From positions 5,119-69,118 of the forward strand of contig CAZGWH010000003.1 in assembly GCA_964529325.1 (NCBI GenBank): DNA of 64,000 nucleotides. Direction: 5' to 3'. Below the pieces are notes generated by a model. It was given only the letters and a program-made list of their open reading frames with translations. It had not been told where the DNA came from and made no database searches. The first letter of the stretch is position 1. Every line of letters begins with the position of its first letter. Positions 1-8,094 of this stretch are shown here, in pieces. The stretch is from an uncultured bacterium. Its GTDB lineage: Bacteria > Fidelibacterota > Marinisomatia > SCGC-AAA003-L08 > GCA-2689995. Position numbers and translations under genes: made by a program.

Positions 1-2579
1 ATTTACAAGAAAAAGGACAGGTTTTACAGCGATTTAAAAATGGAAAACTCAAAATATTATATATTGCTCCAGAAAGACTTCAACAAAAAACCTTCCAGTT
101 GGAATTGAAACGCTTAATCGAAAGAGGAGTAAATATTAACTATTTTCCTATCGACGAGGCACATTGTATTTCTGAGTGGGGTCATGATTTTAGACCTCCA
201 TATTCACGGTTAAAAGATAGACAACAAGATTTACCTCATATTGATGGAAACCATCCATCCATAATCGCTCTAACTGCCACTGCATCTCAAAAAGTTCAAG
301 AAGATGTGTTGGAACAGCTATCTATGGATAAAGATAAAAATTTAATTCATAAAATTGTTGATAGAAAAGAGTTGAGTTTAGAAGTGATACCGATGCAATA
401 TGAACTCTCAAGCGGTAAATATAAAGTAACTTATCGAAACCCTGACGATAAAAACGGATTTTCAGAACATCATTTTGAAGAAGGTGCTATGCGTCATGAT
501 GTTTTGAAATATGTATTAGATAATATATTACCTCATAGATTTGATTCTTTTGATATTAGCCAAGATGCTGGACTAATCTTTACTATTTATGCAGACCCAA
601 AACCAGCGATTGAAATGGCTGAAAAAACAGTGAAAAAAATTGCTAAAGAAAAGGAAATAAGTGAAGGTTCTGTTAAATATCAAAAATTATCGGAATATAT
701 CCTCCTCGAAGAGTTCAGGTCAGATAAATGTCGTGAAGGTGAAGGTGCAAGATGGTTGTCAGAATATTTAAATAAAAATGGTATAGATAATAAACCATGG
801 TTCTCATCGTTAGGATATCGTAAGGGTCGAACTTCTGCAGATAAAAGAAAACTTGATAAGGCGTGGGAAAAAATAAAAGTCAAAACTCAAGATGAGTATA
901 TTAGTAATAACGTAAATCTTTTAGTTACTACAAAAGGATTTGGTATGGGAATTGATAAGCCAAATATCCGATACATTATACATTTTGGTTTTCCTGACTC
1001 ATTAGAATCATATTTCCAACAGATTGGTAGAGCAGGCAGAGATAGAGAACATTCGCATTGTATTTTACTTTGGGATGCACCTACATCTGATTGCGAAATA
1101 TACCTTAAAGAGAATAAAACTCCCGAATGCTATAAACCAGATGATACAACTGGAAAGATACAATTTAAAGAATGTCCGTATGGTAGAATAAGGAAGTGTG
1201 ATTATGCTAAACAGATTCACTTTATTGAATCAGGTTATCCCACTATTGATGAGTTACAGTTCGCAATTGATTACCTGAAAGAGAAATCTATAAGTCAAAA
1301 AACATTTCCATGGATCCACCTTAAAAAGGATTATATGAAAGATCAAGTTGCAAGTGCTCTTGGTTATAAAGGAATTCATCGCTCTCAAATAAACGAACAA
1401 TTGTTGATTGAAACATTATCCACTCTAAATTATGTTTATGAATTTTCACAAACCTATTTAGAAATATTAATTCATAGAAAAACGACGATGCGAGAAATAT
1501 TAGAATCAACAAACAACGACATTGTTAAGGAGCATATTGAACTACTCGATCATATTTATCCTAAGTTTATTGATTCTCCCCCCAACAATAATTTTAGACC
1601 ATTTGATATTTCTGATTATGTCCAAAAAATCAGAAAAGTATTGAATAAGGAAATTTTAATTGATGAAGTTGTTCAATTCTTTAATATGCTTAATGAAAGA
1701 GATGACATTGAGTTGAAATTTAATTACATGAAAGACTTTGGGTATGAAATAAAACTGAATGAAGAGATGTTGCAAACAGCAATTGATGATGCAGAACATT
1801 TTAAAAAAGTTTCTGATTGGAAAGAATCCCAATATCTTATGTTTGAGAATGTAGTAAAGTATGCAAAACTTGAACCATTTTCTCAAACTGAAGAGCATAC
1901 CAATACCATGTGTCGTCGTTCCCATATAATGACTGTTTTTAGCACCGAAGGAGCAAAAGTAGGTGAAGGAGTTCGGTGTGATTACTGTGATAATTGCGGT
2001 TATCATAATTCATGGGATGAAAATGCAAATGATTTGATTGCAGGATATGACGAACAACAATTTCGAGTAAATGTTAGAGAGTTTTATTCAAAGCAGTCAA
2101 ATAACGGAGAATACATTAAATCTAATATGAGTCATTTCTTTTCAATTGTAGATGAAATGATTAAAGAAAATTACACAATGATGGTAGAAACAATATCGGA
2201 TGCTTGGTTGGAACAAATAGGTGAATCTGAAAATCCCGCAACTAATCTTATGCTGTCTATCGTTCATCACTTAAAAAAGGATAAAATCCAACATTCTAAA
2301 TATTTAAAAAAAGTATTTGAAGTAATAGATGATACCAATCTAACTCAAAATATTATAATAGGGTTATTCAAATCAGCAGAAATTGCCCCAATGGATATTT
2401 ATAGGGAGCAATTTAGAAAGGTAGATTCTAAAAGGAAAATGAAGTTACTTAGAATATTTAGTTCAAATAAGTCAGATGAATTTGAAATAATAGAGACAAC
2501 AATTGGTTTGGAAATTGTTGGAAATCAAAATCGAAAGTTTAAATCAGTCTTAGGAAAAATTGAGAAAATGGAGGTCTAA
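1..2579 (+). CDS. RecQ-family SF2 DNA helicase, atypical (large insertions and an unknown C-terminal domain); 5'-partial
   Basis: The frame is open from the window edge. Upstream of the listed TTG it reads KILYIAPERLQQK (RecQ motif Ib). Then come FPIDEAHCISEWGHDFRPPY (motif II), ALTATAS (III), TTKGFGMGIDKPNIRYIIHF (V), QQIGRAGRD (VI) and a RecQ-type Zn motif, CRRS...CDYCDNC (Cys 605/627/630/633 in ORF numbering). Confidence 0.85.
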   Translation, partial: LQEKGQVLQRFKNGKLKILYIAPERLQQKTFQLELKRLIERGVNINYFPIDEAHCISEWGHDFRPPYSRLKDRQQDLPHIDGNHPSIIALTATASQKVQEDVLEQLSMDKDKNLIHKIVDRKELSLEVIPMQYELSSGKYKVTYRNPDDKNGFSEHHFEEGAMRHDVLKYVLDNILPHRFDSFDISQDAGLIFTIYADPKPAIEMAEKTVKKIAKEKEISEGSVKYQKLSEYILLEEFRSDKCREGEGARWLSEYLNKNGIDNKPWFSSLGYRKGRTSADKRKLDKAWEKIKVKTQDEYISNNVNLLVTTKGFGMGIDKPNIRYIIHFGFPDSLESYFQQIGRAGRDREHSHCILLWDAPTSDCEIYLKENKTPECYKPDDTTGKIQFKECPYGRIRKCDYAKQIHFIESGYPTIDELQFAIDYLKEKSISQKTFPWIHLKKDYMKDQVASALGYKGIHRSQINEQLLIETLSTLNYVYEFSQTYLEILIHRKTTMREILESTNNDIVKEHIELLDHIYPKFIDSPPNNNFRPFDISDYVQKIRKVLNKEILIDEVVQFFNMLNERDDIELKFNYMKDFGYEIKLNEEMLQTAIDDAEHFKKVSDWKESQYLMFENVVKYAKLEPFSQTEEHTNTMCRRSHIMTVFSTEGAKVGEGVRCDYCDNCGYHNSWDENANDLIAGYDEQQFRVNVREFYSKQSNNGEYIKSNMSHFFSIVDEMIKENYTMMVETISDAWLEQIGESENPATNLMLSIVHHLKKDKIQHSKYLKKVFEVIDDTNLTQNIIIGLFKSAEIAPMDIYREQFRKVDSKRKMKLLRIFSSNKSDEFEIIETTIGLEIVGNQNRKFKSVLGKIEKMEV

Positions 2580-3166
2580 TGAACAAGCAGTTTGAAAAAG
2601 TTATAAAAAAAATGGATGAACAGTCGAATAAAGCAATTGAATTACAAAAACATGTTTCGTCTTTATTCACCAAAGTAGAATCAACTCAAGGAGATATTGA
2701 CAAAAAAATAGATAAGGTCAATAAGGACTTAGAAAAAGTATTGGGTGGTTTTGAAGTTGAATCGGAACGAATATTTAAAGATGTTAAATCTGAGTTTGAT
2801 AAATTAAAAACTGATATAAATACTTCATTACAAGATAAGATTAAAGAAATTGGTATTCTTAAAGAAGAATATCAAGAAAATGTATCTAATCTAATTCAAT
2901 CGATTGATAAAAAGTCTAATAAAATTCTTAAAATTTATAATGAATTGGAGGGCATTAAAAAAATACAAAAAGACGCAATAAAAACTTTTGGTGAAATTGC
3001 TGGCAACCAGAAAATGGCAACAGATAAATTCACCAAAGAATCACAAGAATTGTTAACAAATACAGATTTGGGCAATTTGCTACACATTGTTGAGTCATTT
3101 GAATCTCGACTAGTGAAATTGGAAAATTACGCCCACAAACACACATTTGGAGGAACTAAAGTATGA
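2579..3166 (+). CDS. Hypothetical coiled-coil protein (195 aa)
   Basis: Lys/Glu/Asp-rich, heptad-like sequence throughout. The start overlaps the helicase stop (TAATG) and the stop overlaps the next start (ATGA). No family recognised. Confidence 0.6.
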   Translation: MNKQFEKVIKKMDEQSNKAIELQKHVSSLFTKVESTQGDIDKKIDKVNKDLEKVLGGFEVESERIFKDVKSEFDKLKTDINTSLQDKIKEIGILKEEYQENVSNLIQSIDKKSNKILKIYNELEGIKKIQKDAIKTFGEIAGNQKMATDKFTKESQELLTNTDLGNLLHIVESFESRLVKLENYAHKHTFGGTKV

Positions 3167-3429
3167 AAATTGAAAACATGAGAAAAGGTGATTGGAACAA
3201 AACCAAAGCATTCTTTGATATTGAAACAAATGAAGGAATAGTTATAAAAGGATTTAAACTTGTTGAAGGAGCAAGTGGAATGTTCATGAGTAATCCCAGC
3301 CATTATAGTAAAAAAGACGACAAGTGGTTTGATGATGTTTTTATACCAAAAGAATTGAAAGATGAATTGGAAAAAATGGCTATTAAAGAATTTGGTGGGA
3401 AAAATAATAGCCCTGATTATCCATTTTAA
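3163..3429 (+). CDS. SpoVG-fold nucleic-acid-binding protein (88 aa)
   Basis: By eye it aligns with B. subtilis SpoVG: AFFDIETNEGIVIKGFKLVEGASGMFMSNPS against [31 protein letters not shown]. The C-terminal helix is also similar. Confidence 0.6.
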   Translation: MKIENMRKGDWNKTKAFFDIETNEGIVIKGFKLVEGASGMFMSNPSHYSKKDDKWFDDVFIPKELKDELEKMAIKEFGGKNNSPDYPF

Positions 3430-3456
3430 ATTCTATTTAAAAATAAACTAAATAAC

Positions 3457-4365
3457 ATAAAGGGTTCCATTTTTGGTTTAGCCATTGGTGATGCGATAGG
3501 TGCACCTTTAGAGTTTAAACCGCCAGGTAGTTTTAAACCTATTTCAGCAATGCACTCTGGTGGCTATTTTAATTTAAAAGCAGGTGAATTTACCGATGAT
3601 ACTTCTTTGGCATTATGTCTTGCTGAAAGTTTAATAAAATGTAATGGTTTAGATTTGAAAGATAATATGGATATGTATTGGAAGTGGCTTTCTGAAGGAT
3701 ATTTAAGCGTAAATGATAAAGCAATTGGTGTAGGTAAAACAACGATGAGAGCTATATTTAATTATACAAAAACGGGTAATCCTATTTCTAAAATTAAGAA
3801 TAAAATGTCTGCAGGAAATGGATCATTAATGCGACTTGCTCCGGTACCTTTATTTTATTCAAATAATCCAATTAAAGCAATTGAAAAGTCTGGAGAAAGT
3901 TCAAAAACAAACCATCCGTTGCAAATAACAGTTGATGCATGTAGATATTTTGGAGGATTAATTTACGGCGCCACTAATGGAGTTAATAAAGAACTATTAC
4001 TTTCTAAATTATATGCTCCGATTGATGATTATTGGATAATTAACGACCTCCACCCTGAGATAACAGAAATTGCAAACGGATCATTTAAAGAAAAAAAACC
4101 ACCTGAAATTAAGGGTACAGGCTATATTTCAAATTCATTAGAATCGGCATTATGGGCATTTTATAATAGTAATTCGTATGAGGAGGGGATTTTTTTAGCT
4201 GTAAATTTAGGGAATGATGCGGATACCACAGGTGCAATATATGGTCAATTAGCAGGTGCATATTATAGATTTAATGAGATACCGTTGAAATTTAAAAATA
4301 AAATAGCGATGAAAGATTTACTTAATTCTATTGCTGAAAAGTTAAATAGAAAATTAGAAATTTGA
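3457..4365 (+). CDS. ADP-ribosylglycohydrolase family protein (ARH/DraG-like); start codon uncertain
   Basis: Motifs GEFTDDTSLAL, GNGSLMRLAPV and GNDADTTGAIYGQLAGAYY. The conserved N-terminal GLAIGDAIGAPLEF lies upstream of the first ATG (3550), and the only possible starts there are ATT (3430) or ATA (3457). ATA would give MKGSIFGLAIGDA. Confidence 0.85.
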   Translation: MKGSIFGLAIGDAIGAPLEFKPPGSFKPISAMHSGGYFNLKAGEFTDDTSLALCLAESLIKCNGLDLKDNMDMYWKWLSEGYLSVNDKAIGVGKTTMRAIFNYTKTGNPISKIKNKMSAGNGSLMRLAPVPLFYSNNPIKAIEKSGESSKTNHPLQITVDACRYFGGLIYGATNGVNKELLLSKLYAPIDDYWIINDLHPEITEIANGSFKEKKPPEIKGTGYISNSLESALWAFYNSNSYEEGIFLAVNLGNDADTTGAIYGQLAGAYYRFNEIPLKFKNKIAMKDLLNSIAEKLNRKLEI

Positions 4366-4586
4366 AAAGAAAATTATTGAATGGAGATTATAAATCAATT
4401 AATTGGAGAGGTCAAAAAAAATTAATTGACAAAATATTTTTATTTTGCGTTGCTTTTCTTTTATGGGTGGGTGAAAAATTCGGTCTGACTTATAATGAAA
4501 TAAATGTAATTATTTTTGTTATAATTTGGCCTATTATAACAATTATTTTATTTGGCTATTCAATACATTGTTTTATCACGCATTGA
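4362..4586 (+). CDS. Small two-TM membrane protein (74 aa)
   Basis: A basic N-terminus followed by two hydrophobic helices (IFLFCVAFLLWV, INVIIFVIIWPIITIILFGY). The TTG start overlaps the ARH stop (TTGA). Confidence 0.5.
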   Translation: MKRKLLNGDYKSINWRGQKKLIDKIFLFCVAFLLWVGEKFGLTYNEINVIIFVIIWPIITIILFGYSIHCFITH

Positions 4587-5226
4587 CAGTGTTTATAAAT
4601 TATATAAAAAATATGTAGATATAGTAAAAATGACATTTCAAACTCCAGATAAATTAATTAATTATTTTAAAAATATTAACCTAGATAGATTTCATGTTCT
4701 TGATATTTTTGTAGGTGAATTGGATAAAGATGACGCATTGAATAAACATTATATGTGGCTGGCTAATATGGTTTTCAATAATCAATCAGAAGAAATCTCT
4801 AATGAATCACCATTTTTGAAAAGATATCCTTTTAAATCTAAACCCATATCATTAGGTGGTGATTTTGTAAATACTTCTAATTATAAAGGTTATACAGCAA
4901 CATATGTATTAAGTGAAAAAGGAAATTTAATTTTAGAATATTATGGATTCGGGAAATATGATATTACTCAAATACAAATTGACGAAATAAGAGTAGATTT
5001 GAAAGTTGATTTTCCAGATAAAAATTCTGATGGTGTTTCAGATAAGGAAATTGTTGAAATGATTTTAGATGAGATGGGTGGGTATAATAGTGTTCAAAAT
5101 ACTCCAGAGTTGATTCAAGGTGATTTTTGGATGTGTGCAAGAGAATCTATTTATGGTCCAAAAACATATATACCATTTAAAAATAGTGTTATTATTAGTG
5201 ATGAAAAGAAATGGATAATAAAATAA
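4552..5226 (+). CDS. Hypothetical protein, last gene of the operon
   Basis: Long open frame with no recognised motifs. The start is either TTG 4552 (overlapping the previous gene) or ATG 4630 (MTFQTPDK). Confidence 0.55.
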   Translation: MAIQYIVLSRIDSVYKLYKKYVDIVKMTFQTPDKLINYFKNINLDRFHVLDIFVGELDKDDALNKHYMWLANMVFNNQSEEISNESPFLKRYPFKSKPISLGGDFVNTSNYKGYTATYVLSEKGNLILEYYGFGKYDITQIQIDEIRVDLKVDFPDKNSDGVSDKEIVEMILDEMGGYNSVQNTPELIQGDFWMCARESIYGPKTYIPFKNSVIISDEKKWIIK

Positions 5227-5325
5227 TTTTTTGATTTTAGGAACAAATTTTAAGAATATTTTTACTTATAATAACATCATTTCCTTTGTTCAATAAATTA
5301 CAATAAAAAATCAATTAATGAAAGG

Positions 5326-5397
5326 AAGAGGACCGACCGCTAATTGACCGTCCCAGGCCATAGTAAGTAGCATCAGTTAGAAGTATATGGTCCTCTT
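5326..5397. ncRNA. GC-rich 72-nt nested-stem element (candidate small structured RNA or integration-site remnant); strand unknown
   Basis: AAGAGGACC (5326-5334) pairs perfectly with GGTCCTCTT (5389-5397). Inside, CTAATTGA (5340-5347) pairs with TCAGTTAG (5373-5380), 8 bp with one G-U. It forms a local GC island in an AT-rich gap between convergent genes. Confidence 0.3.
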
Positions 5398-5481
5398 ATG
5401 TTTGTTATATATTTTAAAAAGCAATGACAATAATTTATATCAGAATTTCTTTTAATTCTAAATCTTTAATTAATATTTTTT

Positions 5482-6357
5482 CTAAATATTATCTCCTAAT
5501 TCAAATAATTTAACAGCTCCATGTTTTGCTGATAATTCCTTTTGCTTACTTTCAAAAATTAAAATATTATTTTCATTAAATGAGGGCGAGTAATTTGAAA
5601 TAGTTTTCCGCATTGAATTTTCAAAAAAGGGGAAGGCATGAGAAAGGCCACCTCCAATTGAAATTGCATTTGGGTCTATAAAATTAATAACATGAGATAA
5701 GCATTCACCAAGTTTTTCACCGAAGTCATTCCAAACGGATTCTGCACTTTTATTGTGTTGTTTTGCTAATTCATTTAAATCTTTTGGATTAATTATCGTA
5801 TGAAAATATTTAAAAGATAATTTTTCTACACCGCTGATTGAAATGTAGTTTTCCCAATTTTTTTGAGCTATTGGCGATATTCCATATTCACCTGCCATAC
5901 CATTTCCACCAGTAAATAATTGTTCATTAATTATTATTCCAAACCCCAAACCGGTACCCAGCGTCACACCAACACATGTTTTTTTATTAAACTGATGAAA
6001 TTCACCTAAAGCAAATAAATTAGCATCATTTTCAATTAAACAGGGAAGATGTAATTTTTCTTCCATTATTTTTTTTAAATGACAATTTTGTAATAATGTT
6101 AAATTTGGAGTGTTTAGTATTAATCCTTTACTTGATTTTAATGGTCCTGGGCAAGCAAATCCAATACCTTTTATAAAATTATCACCCGCAAGTTTTTTTA
6201 TTTGAGCACTTATGCCATCTAATAGTTCGTCAGTCGTTTTATAATCTGAAATATTATTTTTTGGTGAAATTAATTTTAATTCATATTTTTCATTAAATAA
6301 TGCAGATGAAAAAGTAGTTCCACCAATATCAGTTCCTATAAGATATTTATTTTCCAA
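5482..6357 (-). CDS. ROK-family sugar kinase (glucokinase-like)
   Basis: DIGGTTF, ENDANLFALGE, GTGLGFGII and GMAGEYG motifs. Confidence 0.85.
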   Translation of the reverse strand: MENKYLIGTDIGGTTFSSALFNEKYELKLISPKNNISDYKTTDELLDGISAQIKKLAGDNFIKGIGFACPGPLKSSKGLILNTPNLTLLQNCHLKKIMEEKLHLPCLIENDANLFALGEFHQFNKKTCVGVTLGTGLGFGIIINEQLFTGGNGMAGEYGISPIAQKNWENYISISGVEKLSFKYFHTIINPKDLNELAKQHNKSAESVWNDFGEKLGECLSHVINFIDPNAISIGGGLSHAFPFFENSMRKTISNYSPSFNENNILIFESKQKELSAKHGAVKLFELGDNI

Positions 6358-6475
6358 TTGCTTTAAAATACAATTATTTATTAATTATCAAATATATAAT
6401 TATATTAATAATTCAACATTTGATTAAATCCGTTTCAAAGAAGTAATTTAATACACTTTTTTAAAGGGTATATTA

Positions 6476-6868
6476 ATGAAATTCATATATATAATTCTCA
6501 TTTTATTTACTATAATTGGGTGTACAAATACTACGATTGGTTCAACAGAAGTCCAAGAAATTGATTATGTTGAATTTTCTCAAATAGAAAATTATAATAA
6601 CGGTTCTTGGTTTGAGGTAACAGGTCATATAAAAAATATTAGTACCACACAGACCATACCATCAGCATGGCATATTGAATGTCAATTTTATTCTGATGAA
6701 AGTATGTCATTAAAATTGGGCGGAGAAAATGGAACGGTATGGGTTCCTCTGGAACCTGACCAATCTACAATTTGGACAATTAGGTGGCTCCCCGGAGTAA
6801 ATTCGAATATTAATATTTCTGACTACCCTGATTGGACTTATGGTGATATAAGGGCATATAAAAATTAA
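6476..6868 (+). CDS. Lipoprotein, unknown function
   Basis: Signal peptide with a lipobox-like LFTIIGC. Confidence 0.6.
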   Translation: MKFIYIILILFTIIGCTNTTIGSTEVQEIDYVEFSQIENYNNGSWFEVTGHIKNISTTQTIPSAWHIECQFYSDESMSLKLGGENGTVWVPLEPDQSTIWTIRWLPGVNSNINISDYPDWTYGDIRAYKN

Positions 6869-7218
6869 TGGTACAAGCAATTTTAGCCTATATTGTTATT
6901 TTTTCAACCCTATTTTTGTCTTCGGTAAGTATTTCATTCACCATACTTAAATCCCAGACTAAACCTCCTCAAACATCTAAATTTAGAATATTACAACAGA
7001 AAAGAGTAATAAATGGATTATTAAGAAATTTCAATGAATTATCCTCTTCACATAAATCAATTCAACGAAATTTAGAATTAAAAAAAACAGCATTAGAGTA
7101 TGAAATTCTAACAACTGATTCACTTTTGAATGAAATGGAATTAAACCAAAATAGACTAAACCATCATGAAAAAATATTGAATTCAAATGATAATAAATTA
7201 GCGAAAATGTTAAAATGA
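6868..7218 (+). CDS. Membrane-anchored coiled-coil protein
   Basis: An N-terminal TM helix followed by a polar helical region. Start and stop are coupled to both neighbouring genes. Confidence 0.5.
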   Translation: MVQAILAYIVIFSTLFLSSVSISFTILKSQTKPPQTSKFRILQQKRVINGLLRNFNELSSSHKSIQRNLELKKTALEYEILTTDSLLNEMELNQNRLNHHEKILNSNDNKLAKMLK

Positions 7219-8042
7219 AAAATGTGTTATTATTTTCTATAATATTTCTTTCGGTAAATTTATATTCTCAATGCAACGGGTGTAATAAAAATAATCAGAA
7301 ACTAGATATTTGGGATATTCAATATACATGTAATCAAAAATTAATTTCTTATGATGAATGTAATAATATTACGAATGTATTAACCGAATCTATTTCAATT
7401 GCTAAAACAGGCGAAGAGTTATTAAATGTTGGTTTGCAAAAATGGAATAATAATGAACTTACATTTTTTGCTTTATTTGATAATCGATATAAATTAAACC
7501 TAGAACAATTTACTAAATTTAAAAATTTAAACCATTTACTTTTAAAAGGAATTGAAATAATTGATAATAATTTTAAGAAAAAAATTATATTAAAAGGGGA
7601 ATATATATTACTTATTCGGAATCAACTTTCAATTCCCTTATCTCAACTGGAATTTTCAAATAATTTAAAATATATTTCTTTAGATGAAAATCATTTAACA
7701 GGTGAGATTACTGAACAATTTTTTAATAATCCAGAACTCATTAATTTATCAATTGAATATAATGAATTATCTGGCCATTTACCTGTAGATTTAAGTGGTG
7801 CAAAAAAATTGAAATTTTTTACACTAAATAACAATATAATAACTGGCTCTGTACCGAAGTCAATTTGCGAATTAGCAGATTTAGAAGTACTTCATTTGCA
7901 ATATAATAAATTTGATAAATTGCCAGAATGTATATGTGAAATGAAAAAAAGGTCTATTGATATTGAATTATATGGAAATAAATTCTGTGAAGAAATTCCA
8001 AAGTGCATTGAAGAGTCGATTGGGTTTCAAGAATGTTTTTAA
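7215..8042 (+). CDS. Secreted leucine-rich-repeat protein (plant-specific-type LRR) with Cys-rich caps
   Basis: Signal peptide plus repeats of the form LxxLxLxxNxLtGxIP (NHLTGEITEQF, NELSGHLPVDL, NNIITGSVPKSI). The ends are Cys-rich (QCNGCN at the N-terminus, NKFCEEIPKCIEES..ECF at the C-terminus). Confidence 0.8.
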   Translation: MKNVLLFSIIFLSVNLYSQCNGCNKNNQKLDIWDIQYTCNQKLISYDECNNITNVLTESISIAKTGEELLNVGLQKWNNNELTFFALFDNRYKLNLEQFTKFKNLNHLLLKGIEIIDNNFKKKIILKGEYILLIRNQLSIPLSQLEFSNNLKYISLDENHLTGEITEQFFNNPELINLSIEYNELSGHLPVDLSGAKKLKFFTLNNNIITGSVPKSICELADLEVLHLQYNKFDKLPECICEMKKRSIDIELYGNKFCEEIPKCIEESIGFQECF

Positions 8043-8094
8043 ATTATAACTTTTATAATTCATCGCTCTAACTATTAGTTATAACTATTTTAAA

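Noticed and set aside
5311-5340. A 9-codon mini-ORF (ATG AAA GGA AGA GGA CCG ACC GCT AAT TGA) overlapping the 5' arm of the structured element.
   Set aside because: It is too short, has no supporting context, and is explained by the purine-rich stem sequence itself.
5326-5397. A 72-nt element with a closing stem of 7 bp or more, considered as a tRNA or as SRP (4.5S) RNA.
   Set aside because: No T-loop (GTTCRANNC) or D-arm pairing exists at the tRNA positions. CAGG and AGCA strings are present with roughly SRP-like spacing, but the sequence between them cannot form the helix-8 stem or the GGAA tetraloop. It is kept only as an unclassified structured element.
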